Below, in pieces: positions 56,351 through 64,000 of a stretch of 64,000 nucleotides of DNA. Under the pieces are notes generated by a model, which saw nothing but the letters and a program-made list of their open reading frames with translations, was not told the origin of the DNA and ran no database searches. The stretch spans positions 14,179 to 78,178 of the forward strand of contig CANJZQ010000004.1 of the NCBI GenBank assembly GCA_947479535.1, in the 5' to 3' direction. Source of the DNA: Oligoflexales bacterium (GTDB taxonomy: Bacteria > Bdellovibrionota_B > Oligoflexia > Oligoflexales > RGVZ01). The stretch's first letter is position 1. Each line of letters begins with the position of its first letter. The position numbers were made by a program, and so were the translations under genes.

Positions 56351-56671
56351 CGTCATTCTGAGGCCGAAGGCCGAAGAATCCTTTCTTCTCCGCCGCGGGA
56401 CAGGATTTTTCGGCTTCGTCTCAGTAGGACTGATTCTCGACTTTCCGCGGAAAGTCTAGAACCCTTCGCTGATTTACGGTTATTCCATCGGTACGCGTTC
56501 TTCGCGAAAACTGGAAAATGCCACTTACGAAGACGTCGCCCACCTGTCAGTCCAAATGGAAAAATGGCAGTCTCGTTTTTAAAAAAAATTTTGAAGAAAG
56601 GATTCTTCGGCCTACGGCCTCAGAATGACGAGTTAAGAAAGGATTCTTCGGCCTACGGCCTCAGAATGACG
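56351..56671. repeat. 37-nt hairpin-type units: one forward (56351-56387) and two identical reverse copies (56594-56630, 56635-56671) bracketing a 206-bp ORF-free segment
   Basis: The forward unit is cgtcattctgaggccgaaggccgaagaatcctttctt. The reverse complement of the reverse copies differs from it at 1 of 37 positions (loop gaa versus gta). Confidence 0.85.
56439..56456. promoter_or_regulatory. Perfect palindrome gactttccgcggaaagtc, copy 2
   Basis: An 18-nt perfect palindrome inside the 206-bp segment bracketed by the 37-nt inverted units. Confidence 0.4.
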
Positions 56672-56719
56672 GAGTGGCTCAGGATGACGGATTAAGAAAG
56701 AATCTTTTTTTAGAGATCG

Positions 56720-57268
56720 TCAATCAAACAGCGCAGCGCCAGCGATCTGGGATAAAAAGTTCCAACCGGGAATCCAGTTGCTGTAGGTTGTTCGTTCGTT
56801 TACGCAATCCATCATTGCAGCGGCGGCATTCCTGCATCGCATTCCCGTCAATGGTGCGCCTGCGGTGGTCACCACATCGGGCAAACTCGTTTCACTTGCA
56901 GCAGCACATTCTTGCAGCACATCAAGTGGAGCCGTTGTGGTTTCTCCTGCCTTGCAGTTTCCATTTTCAAAAGATTCAAGGTCGGTCGGCCCGGGTGTCC
57001 CGCCCACGGCGTAGACGATTCCAACAGATGATGGATCTTTGCCTTGTGGGTCAGGGCAACGACAGTAAATCGCCACACCGATATAATGGTGGGGACTTTT
57101 CTCGGTGCAGATGGTGGCCTTGGTCCCAAAAACTTCACAGCCATCGGGGCAGCTGGCTTCGCTCACGGATTGTGGAACGTAAACCACCGAACCTGCTTGC
57201 AGAGTTGGTGCGACGCTCACAAGCAGCCCAAAGAATATGATGGGAGCCATCGCCATCCGTCGTGACAT
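56720..57268 (-). CDS. Secreted cysteine-rich hypothetical protein
   Basis: Signal peptide MAMAPIIFFGLLVSVAPTLQA, with about ten Cys in the mature part (SCPDGCEV, ICTE, YCRCPD, NCKAG, ECAAA, RCRN, DCVNE). The start is chosen to avoid overlap with rlmN. Confidence 0.45.
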   Translation of the reverse strand: MSRRMAMAPIIFFGLLVSVAPTLQAGSVVYVPQSVSEASCPDGCEVFGTKATICTEKSPHHYIGVAIYCRCPDPQGKDPSSVGIVYAVGGTPGPTDLESFENGNCKAGETTTAPLDVLQECAAASETSLPDVVTTAGAPLTGMRCRNAAAAMMDCVNERTTYSNWIPGWNFLSQIAGAALFD

Positions 57269-57285
57269 GATCAAACCTGGCCCGT

Positions 57286-58455
57286 TCATTGTTGAACCGG
57301 GATCGCGACTTCCGCCACCACGGCCTTGCGTGAAGGAATCGATGTCAGGTTTTCGATCTGCTTGGCCGCAAGCTGTCCACACGCAGCAGAGACATCCAGT
57401 CCCTTGCTGTAACGGACTGGAGCCGGAATAGAACGGTCAGCAAGATGTTTTTGAAATGTGCGAATGTCCTCATCGCCAGGGCGGTCAAAAGGCAGTCCCG
57501 GGTGAGCATTGAACGGAATTAAATTCACCTTGGCGCGCAGGCCGTGGACGAATTTCACAAGTTCCTTGGCCTCGCGCAAGCCGCAGTTCTTGTCTTTGAT
57601 CAAGATGTATTCCAGGGTGATTTTACTGCCTGTAATACCCTGCCACGTGGTCAATGCGTTCTTGAGTTCACTCAACGGGTAACGCCGGTTGATCGGCATC
57701 AATTCAGAACGCAGCTCATCCCGCGAAGCGTGAAGTGATATCGCCAGCGCGCACTTCACGTCATTGGCGAGTTCCACGATCCGTGGAGCAAGGCCAGATG
57801 TTGATACGGTCACATGACGGTTGGACAGGCCGAATCCGAATTCTTCTTCTGGACGCAACATGGTTTTAACGGTTGTGACGACGTTCTTGTAGTTGTCCAG
57901 AGGTTCGCCCATTCCCATAAAGACGACGTGGGAAAGGCGCCTGCCCTCTGCGCGCACCATGCTGCTGGCCAATGCGTACTGTGCCAAAATTTCATGGGCC
58001 GCCAGGTGCCGGAAGAAACCGAGTTTTCCGGTCTGGCAAAACGTACAGGCGAGCTTGCAACCGACTTGTGACGACACGCAAAGGCTCGTCCGGTTTTCGT
58101 AGCGCAGGATGACAGCTTCCATGAATTGGCCGGTGGCGGTCTTCAGGAGCAGTTTGGTTGAGCCATCTTCAGCGCTTAAAGAACTATGGATCTCCGGCAG
58201 AAACCAATCGATTCCAGCAGCGAGTTTTTCACGCAGTCCCGCAGGCAGGTTTGACATCTTTGCCGGATCAACGCATTTTTCTGAGTAAATCCACTTCAAG
58301 ATTTGCGCGGCACGATAGCCAGGCTCGCCCCAGGATTTCAGGATCGCCGTCAGTTGCGGTAGATCCAACTCCAGGGCGTGGGGTTTCGCGGCGGGCATCT
58401 CGCGAGGCCCGTCCGGAATGTTCAGGATGGTCGGAACGGTTAATTCACTGGTCAT
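57286..58455 (-). CDS. rlmN: Radical-SAM 23S rRNA/tRNA adenine-C2 methyltransferase RlmN
   Basis: Contains the CxxxCxxC cluster (GCKLACTFCQTG), GMGEPLDN and a C-terminal SAACGQL. Confidence 0.9.
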   Translation of the reverse strand: MTSELTVPTILNIPDGPREMPAAKPHALELDLPQLTAILKSWGEPGYRAAQILKWIYSEKCVDPAKMSNLPAGLREKLAAGIDWFLPEIHSSLSAEDGSTKLLLKTATGQFMEAVILRYENRTSLCVSSQVGCKLACTFCQTGKLGFFRHLAAHEILAQYALASSMVRAEGRRLSHVVFMGMGEPLDNYKNVVTTVKTMLRPEEEFGFGLSNRHVTVSTSGLAPRIVELANDVKCALAISLHASRDELRSELMPINRRYPLSELKNALTTWQGITGSKITLEYILIKDKNCGLREAKELVKFVHGLRAKVNLIPFNAHPGLPFDRPGDEDIRTFQKHLADRSIPAPVRYSKGLDVSAACGQLAAKQIENLTSIPSRKAVVAEVAIPVQQ

Positions 58456-58499
58456 TGTGCTTCTCGGGTCTTTGAGTCCGGCGCGGATTCTAACGGTTT

Positions 58500-58650
58500 C
58501 TATAAAAAACTCAATTTATTTAATTCTATATATAAAGATAAACAACCATACTTTGACTAGAAATGACTATAATCATTACTAAAAATTATTGTTTATAATA
58601 AAAACGTTGAGTTAATAAGCTTTCTCATTGGTCGATAAAACTCAACCCGG
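58500..58650. promoter_or_regulatory. AT-rich divergent intergenic region (candidate promoters plus a hairpin/operator upstream of the metzincin gene)
   Basis: The composition is strikingly AT-rich relative to the flanks. Contains TTGACT (58553-58558), TATAAT hexamers (58568-58573, 58594-58599) and an 8-bp inverted repeat gttgagtt/aactcaac (58606-58613 / 58639-58646). Hexamer spacings are not canonical. Confidence 0.35.
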
Positions 58651-59913
58651 ATGTTCATTATGAGAAGACTCAGAATTTGTCTCAAGCCTGCCATGCTAGC
58701 AATTTTCATCAACTTCACCTCTAGCGGCTGTGCCCAACACCAGAATCCGGGTTCGATTCCAGAGCGGATAGAGTCGCAAGTCCACACACAAATTCCGCCG
58801 GCGCCGCCCCCGGTGTCATCCCCGAGCCCGAGCGGCCCGGCGTCAACCCAAGTCGCCCCACCCAATCCAGCCGGTACCGTCACCAGTGGCGGCGGAATCA
58901 TTTATGGATCCATGGGAAATCCGTGGTTCATGGACGACCAGCCATCGCCCACATGGTGCATTGTGATCGATCGTGAGAATTTTGGCATAAGCCTTGAGGA
59001 TGCAGAAACTCACATTAAAGTTGCGTTAAAGGAATGGGAAGCAGTCACAGGTATCACCTTCACCAAAACGGACTGCAATGAGCAGACTGACTTGCGGTTC
59101 CTGTTGGGAACCCTGTCGACACAAGACTTGCTCGACGCCGATACAAATAAGAGTGTTGCCCAGCATTCCCTGGGAAAATCGGCAGGCTTGGCCGTGCGGA
59201 CCCACTACGACGAAGCCACCATGCGAGGCCGGGGCTTCATTTACCTGGCACCTGAAACAGGCCCACTTAAAATTCAGGCATCTGAGATTGTTGCCCATCC
59301 CTGGCAAATTTTCGGGGGAAAGATCTTCCGGGTTGCGGTGATGCATGAATTGGGTCACGTATTTGGCCTGCAGCACTCTCATGAGGGCGATGACCTTATG
59401 GGCTCGCGAACCATTGAATACCTGCTCTCAAAAAAGGTTTACGTGGAAATCCCTTTCGAGCCGACCGAACGAGCTATTTTCCATGCCAAGCTGAAGCAAC
59501 TGACTCCGCTGAATCTGGTCGCATTTCCTGTGGATTCCGAATTTGAACGTTGTTTTGGTGCCGCCTGCACCAAGGTCCTGATCCACAATTCAGTTGAGGG
59601 GAGGGTGATTCTGCAGGTTTGGACCAAGGCCAATCTTGGTGATGGTTCCCTTGATACGTCTGCTATGGATTTACGGAATTTGCATCCTTATCAATTTGAA
59701 TCGGTCACCGTCTTGCGAACTAGGATGATGGACATGAGTCCACTTTCACGAATTTTTCGCGATGGTGACTACAGGCCTGGGATTATTGCGACCGCAGCGA
59801 CTTTCAGCGGCACCATGGATGACGGACGCACCATGATCTTGAACTGGACAGCCGGCAAGAGACCGCAGGTGATAGCGTTCAAGGGGGATAGATATTCTGT
59901 GGTGTTCAATTAG
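58651..59913 (+). CDS. Secreted metzincin-type zinc metalloprotease (possible lipoprotein)
   Basis: Signal peptide ending in SSGC, a Pro-rich linker and the motif HELGHVFGLQHSHEGDDLMG (HExxHxxGxxH). Confidence 0.75.
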   Translation: MFIMRRLRICLKPAMLAIFINFTSSGCAQHQNPGSIPERIESQVHTQIPPAPPPVSSPSPSGPASTQVAPPNPAGTVTSGGGIIYGSMGNPWFMDDQPSPTWCIVIDRENFGISLEDAETHIKVALKEWEAVTGITFTKTDCNEQTDLRFLLGTLSTQDLLDADTNKSVAQHSLGKSAGLAVRTHYDEATMRGRGFIYLAPETGPLKIQASEIVAHPWQIFGGKIFRVAVMHELGHVFGLQHSHEGDDLMGSRTIEYLLSKKVYVEIPFEPTERAIFHAKLKQLTPLNLVAFPVDSEFERCFGAACTKVLIHNSVEGRVILQVWTKANLGDGSLDTSAMDLRNLHPYQFESVTVLRTRMMDMSPLSRIFRDGDYRPGIIATAATFSGTMDDGRTMILNWTAGKRPQVIAFKGDRYSVVFN

Positions 59914-59927
59914 AAGCTTGTTGGATC

Positions 59928-60767
59928 TTAAAATGCCAGCTGGGCACCCAATGCGGCCAGGTCGGCAAGTTGGGGCCAGGCGCAGGATGTGACCCTGGAA
60001 AATCCAGCTTCCGTTGCAGCCCGCGCTGTTGTCGGACCGATCACGGCTGCCGAAATGAATTTTGGGGCCAACAGGGATTCGCTTCCGGCAAATTCAAGCC
60101 AACCGGCAACGCTTGACGGGCTGGCAAAGCAGATGGCGATCCGGCAGTCCTTGACGCGCAGTGTCAGTTGCTCTCGCGCGGCGTCAAGGTCCCGGTTAAC
60201 CAGTTGCCGGCCATCGGCGTCTGTTGGATGGGATCCTGTGCGGTAAACCGCAATTCTGTGGCAGGGAAAACCGTCGGCTTCAAGTTGCGCTGAAAGATCA
60301 AAGGCGACTTCTTCACCGCTGAACCAGATAAAGGGCGTGCCGGCAGTTGGACGGTTTCGGAGTGCATCCCCGGCGAGCCCTTCGCTGGTTGCGGAATCAA
60401 TGCATTGGACTGGCCGGTGCAATAGTTTTTCCGCAAGGTCTGCCGTTTTACGACCATGGGTAATGATTTCTGATGCCGCTGCCAATGCGGCAAAGGCTTT
60501 TGGTTCGGTATTCCGCCAAGACGCGCAAATTTTCACCGCATTCTGGCTGGTGAAAATGATTTTGGCTTCCCGTTGAAATCCCGATTTGATGGCTTGTGGT
60601 GGTGGCAGAGCCTCGATCCCAATGCACGGCACGTGCAGCACATCCGCGCGTAATGCATTGAGTAAAATCTGGTCTGCTGGCAAATCGGCTGCAGCCCGCG
60701 TCCAAATCAACACGGCGGCTTTTCTTTGGTGAGGGTGTGAGTTCCCTGGGGGAATGCCGTCATGCAT
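59928..60767 (-). CDS. hemD: Uroporphyrinogen-III synthase (putative)
   Basis: Positioned directly after hemC on the same strand. The size and two-lobe alpha/beta-like pattern fit HemD, but the family is poorly conserved, so the call is mainly positional. Confidence 0.55.
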   Translation of the reverse strand: MHDGIPPGNSHPHQRKAAVLIWTRAAADLPADQILLNALRADVLHVPCIGIEALPPPQAIKSGFQREAKIIFTSQNAVKICASWRNTEPKAFAALAAASEIITHGRKTADLAEKLLHRPVQCIDSATSEGLAGDALRNRPTAGTPFIWFSGEEVAFDLSAQLEADGFPCHRIAVYRTGSHPTDADGRQLVNRDLDAAREQLTLRVKDCRIAICFASPSSVAGWLEFAGSESLLAPKFISAAVIGPTTARAATEAGFSRVTSCAWPQLADLAALGAQLAF

Positions 60768-60794
60768 CAGGACGCTTTCTTGGCTTTAGGGAAT

Positions 60795-61835
60795 TTAATG
60801 CAGCCGCATCACGTCAGGCACAGGCAGTTGCAGGGTGGTCAGGATGTCTGCAGCCCCTTGTTCCGACAATGCTGCCAGTAATTTTGCGCCAATGGCCTCT
60901 GGTTTTTTTTCAGGAGTGATTTCGATCCGCAGTTTGGCTGAAGCATGGCGCCCGTCGTTGTTCAGCAGCGTTGCCGTCGCTGAGGCGAACCGGTTCCCAT
61001 TGGCGTCGATCTCAATTTCACAGAGGGCGCCAAATGGCATGGTGCAATCCCCGCCAAGCAACCGCAATACAGATCGTTCAACATTCACGCAGAATTCCGT
61101 GTCATGACAGTGCAGGGGGCTCAGGATTTCTCCGAGCAAGTCGCCACTGTTGGGAACCTCAATGGCAAGGGCGCCCTGACCGGCACATGGAACAAATTCT
61201 CCGGTAGGCAACGGGCAAACGACAAAAGATTCGCGTGGAACATGCTCCCATAATTTTTCTCCGAGGCGTTCCAGGGATGCCGCTGCCAACACGATGGCAT
61301 CAAATTGGCCCTCGTGAAGTTTGTGCAATCGCGTGTCTACATTGCCACGCACTGGCAGGTTTTTAAATTTTGCGGCATATCGCGAAAATAAAGATGCCCG
61401 CCTGAGGCTTGATGTGCCAATGGTCAATGGTCCGGCGGCGGACAAATCCTCGCTCGTCAGCCATTCGCCGTCTCGATTCGCGAGTCCGGCAGATTCCGCA
61501 GATTTTTTTCGGACGATCAGAATATCGTGGGCCGAATGCCTTTTTAAAATTGCGCCAAGACGAAATGCCGGCGGCAGATTCACGGGCATGTCCTTCAGGC
61601 TGTGGATGGCTATGTCGGCATGGCCTGCCAGCATGGCTTCTTCGAGTTCTTTCACAAAAAGACCCTTGCCGCCGATTTCGCTCAAGAATCGGTCTTGCAC
61701 CAGATCGCCCGTGGTCTTGACCACATGCATCGCAGTTTTTATGCCCGAGGCGTTCAGTTTGCCTGCAACAAATTCCGCCTGCCAAAGGGCCAGGGTGCTG
61801 CCGCGCGTCGCAATTTTAAGTTTACGTGGGGTCAT
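60795..61835 (-). CDS. hemC: Porphobilinogen deaminase (hydroxymethylbilane synthase)
   Basis: Contains KLKIATRGSTLALWQA, TTGD and GALAIE, plus a cofactor-Cys region GGDCTMP. Confidence 0.9.
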   Translation of the reverse strand: MTPRKLKIATRGSTLALWQAEFVAGKLNASGIKTAMHVVKTTGDLVQDRFLSEIGGKGLFVKELEEAMLAGHADIAIHSLKDMPVNLPPAFRLGAILKRHSAHDILIVRKKSAESAGLANRDGEWLTSEDLSAAGPLTIGTSSLRRASLFSRYAAKFKNLPVRGNVDTRLHKLHEGQFDAIVLAAASLERLGEKLWEHVPRESFVVCPLPTGEFVPCAGQGALAIEVPNSGDLLGEILSPLHCHDTEFCVNVERSVLRLLGGDCTMPFGALCEIEIDANGNRFASATATLLNNDGRHASAKLRIEITPEKKPEAIGAKLLAALSEQGAADILTTLQLPVPDVMRLH

Positions 61836-63159
61836 CTTCAGTCCTTCGGGATTCCCCGCGAAAGAGTCGCATTAAAAGTTCCGCGGCATCCTGGCCTTTG
61901 CCTTGGTCCACCATATTTCGCAGGCCTCGCCCGGCATCAGCCGTCAGGCGTGACGCCAAAACATCAAGCAGTTGCCAGACACGCCCGGTTTGTTCCTCGT
62001 TGAATTCTTGAAAAGAATCGCGGGACAGGGTCTTCTGAGCTTCCCTGCGGAACAGTTGATCCAAGTGGATGTTGAAGTGCTGCAAGGCAGGCGCAACCGC
62101 CATGTGGGCCAGCCATCTTTCATATCCGGCAACAGATTCGTCAATGATCCGCGCGGCATCTTCCGCCGCCCGAAGCCTTTCTTTTCGATTGCCTTCCACC
62201 ACTTGTTTCAGATCGTCAATATCGAACAAGTACACATCGTTCAGACTGCTGCAGGCGGAATCGATGTCCCGGGGCATGGCGATGTCAACCAGGAGCAATG
62301 TTCTTCCTCGCCTGCGTCGAATCGCCTCGTTCACCATGGCCTTGGTGATGATTGTATGGGGAGCCCCGGTGGCACTGATGACAACGTCGGCAGAGGCCAG
62401 GGCGTCTGCCAGTTGATCCAACGCCAGAGGTTCAGCGCCTTGCAGTCGCATCGCCAATGCACGGGCCCGGTCCAGGCTGCGATTGATGATTCCAAGGGAT
62501 TTTGGATTGTGTTGCTGAATGCACCGGGCAGTGACTTCTGCCATTTCGCCGGCGCCGATCACGAGAAAATTTTTAGACGTCGGGTCGTTGAAGATTTTTT
62601 TAACCAGTTCCACTGCCGCATGGCCGATCGAAACACGTCCGCGCCCAATCGCGGTCTGAGTGCGAACTTTTTTCGAAGCCGCAAGTGCTTCCTGGCCAAG
62701 GCGGGTCAAAACGGGACCAAGTGTTTTGGCATCGTCTGCCATTGCCAGAGCATTTTTGAATTGTCCGGTGATTTGAGTTTCTCCGACGACGAGAGAATCC
62801 AGGCTGGCGGCGACTGAAAACAGATGGCGGACTGCGTCACGCCCGGTGAGTGCATAAGCCGCCTGACGCACCTGCTCGACTGCCTCAGGGGCCAAGGCAT
62901 CGAAGGAGACAAAGGCTGCATGCAAGGTATCGGAAAAGGACGGATCTGCGGTGATGCTGCGTGGACCAACACCAAAAATCTCGAAGCGGTTGCATGTTGA
63001 CAGCGTGACGAGTTCTGAGAATCCAAAGCGGTCTTTGATGGCAGGTAGACGGTCCCTGATGAGGCCATCACCGGCGAAAAGTTTTTCGCGCAGGCTGATG
63101 TCGGCAGAACGATGGTTCGCACCGAAGCAGAAAATGACGCTGTCATCGTTCAGAGCCAT
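61822..63159 (-). CDS. hemA: Glutamyl-tRNA reductase
   Basis: Contains LSTCNRFEIF (catalytic Cys) and the NADPH-binding site VIGAGEMAE. The start is set at ATG 63159; the longest ORF (to 63468) overlaps the upstream membrane-protein gene. Confidence 0.85.
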   Translation of the reverse strand: MALNDDSVIFCFGANHRSADISLREKLFAGDGLIRDRLPAIKDRFGFSELVTLSTCNRFEIFGVGPRSITADPSFSDTLHAAFVSFDALAPEAVEQVRQAAYALTGRDAVRHLFSVAASLDSLVVGETQITGQFKNALAMADDAKTLGPVLTRLGQEALAASKKVRTQTAIGRGRVSIGHAAVELVKKIFNDPTSKNFLVIGAGEMAEVTARCIQQHNPKSLGIINRSLDRARALAMRLQGAEPLALDQLADALASADVVISATGAPHTIITKAMVNEAIRRRRGRTLLLVDIAMPRDIDSACSSLNDVYLFDIDDLKQVVEGNRKERLRAAEDAARIIDESVAGYERWLAHMAVAPALQHFNIHLDQLFRREAQKTLSRDSFQEFNEEQTGRVWQLLDVLASRLTADAGRGLRNMVDQGKGQDAAELLMRLFRGESRRTEDDPT

Positions 63160-63164
63160 CGGCT

Positions 63165-63959
63165 TTACCCTGCGATCTGCGGAATTTTGGCGGCGAAAAA
63201 GATCAGGCCAAACCAGGCCAGCGCCATCAACGCAAATCCGACGACGCTCATGCGGGCAATGATGCGTGCCGGCGAGCGCAGGATGTTGCGGGCGACAAGG
63301 ATTGCCAGGTACCAGGACCAGACGGCAACGGCCCAAAGGATTTTCGCCCGCAAGGCAATCAACGTTGTAGCGTTGATTCCCGCTGGTAATCCGGTCACGA
63401 ACAGGGCCCCTGTTACCAGGCTGCAGGTCAGCATGACAAAGCCAGAGATCAGGGCAATCTTCAGCCACTGGTCCAGCCGGTCCAGCGCGGGGACATCCGG
63501 CCGTAATTCATGCATCTTGCGGCGCTTCAGGGCGTTGTGTTGCCACAGGTAAAGGACGGAAAGGACGCAGGCTGCAATGGCCATGACCTGACCGGCCAAG
63601 GCCATGCTGACATGAAATCCGATCAACCACTTGTTGGGCGCAATCTGGGGCACGGGGGCGGCAAAAAACCGGACCAGTAGGACCAGCATCCCGAGGGGTG
63701 CCAGCATTGCAGCTGCCAGACGCACTCCGAGCCAGCGGTCGGCGGCAATGGCACCAACCCCAATCATGGCAGCCAAAAGTGGAGCCGCGCTGGCGCCCCA
63801 ATTTCCGTCGATAACGATCTGATTCTGCGCAAGGATGGTGAGCAGGGTTACGCCAGCGACCAGGAAGGCGTTGCCGGAAGCCCTAAAAAACCTTGTGGTT
63901 CCGACAACATAGAATAGCGATGCGACGGCATAGGCCAACATCGCGGCAAACATGAGCAT
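63165..63959 (-). CDS. Polytopic membrane protein upstream of hemA (HemX/CcsA-like, putative)
   Basis: About eight hydrophobic segments, ending 5 nt before the hemA start. I saw no WWD motif, so the family assignment is mainly positional. Confidence 0.4.
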   Translation of the reverse strand: MLMFAAMLAYAVASLFYVVGTTRFFRASGNAFLVAGVTLLTILAQNQIVIDGNWGASAAPLLAAMIGVGAIAADRWLGVRLAAAMLAPLGMLVLLVRFFAAPVPQIAPNKWLIGFHVSMALAGQVMAIAACVLSVLYLWQHNALKRRKMHELRPDVPALDRLDQWLKIALISGFVMLTCSLVTGALFVTGLPAGINATTLIALRAKILWAVAVWSWYLAILVARNILRSPARIIARMSVVGFALMALAWFGLIFFAAKIPQIAG

Positions 63960-64000
63960 GGTTTATTCATCTCACTTTATTAAAATTCGTTCGAAGTATT

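Noticed and set aside
55945-56690. Possible CRISPR array, given the many short repeats
   Set aside because: The repeat units are contiguous (no unique spacers of regular length) and vary in type and orientation. No cas genes are nearby. The region fits REP- or MITE-like repeats better.
63160-63468. 103-codon N-terminal extension of the hemA ORF
   Set aside because: It overlaps the 3' end of the upstream membrane-protein gene in another frame. Its sequence is Cys/Arg/Pro-rich and not HemA-like. The conserved HemA N-terminus begins at the ATG at 63159.

Overview
This is a 64-kb chromosomal window from a moderately GC-rich diderm bacterium, judged from lipoboxes, beta-barrel-like proteins ending in Phe, and mreBCD-mrdA-rodA. 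It is almost fully coding, with about 55 protein genes. I recognised no rRNA, tRNA or CRISPR array. Housekeeping blocks are: a truncated acetoacetyl-CoA synthetase, a heterodimeric ABC exporter, folK, mreB-mreC-mreD-mrdA-rodA, ppiD-like/nadK, aldehyde dehydrogenase plus DUF779, ugd-gmhA, a Ski2-like helicase, type III glutamine synthetase, coaE, xseA-xseB, tmk-holB-PSP1, rlmN and hemA-hemC-hemD. Accessory or unusual content: (1) A tight seven-gene minus-strand operon (20255-28326) joins an FHA-GGDEF cyclase, two lipoproteins, a 164-aa orphan, a polytopic membrane gluzincin-like protein and a TldD/TldE pair. This is my best candidate for an undescribed system. (2) A signalling neighbourhood (37075-52884) holds two Hanks kinases with periplasmic PEGA domains, a P/Q-repeat PEGA protein, a PP2C phosphatase, a PilZ protein overlapping a HAD-IG 5'-nucleotidase, and two TPR-plus-barrel proteins in mirrored operons. 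(3) A 1.1-kb IS1/IS1595-like insertion sequence rewrites the 3' end of gmhA, and a 236-bp deleted (MITE-like) relative lies 10 kb away. (4) A 760-bp non-coding nest of hairpin and tandem repeats follows the PSP1 gene. (5) Several secreted proteases are present: S1B plus P-domain, a metzincin, and an HExxH lipoprotein appended to the rod-shape operon. All calls rest on reading the translated ORFs for motifs. No database search was run.
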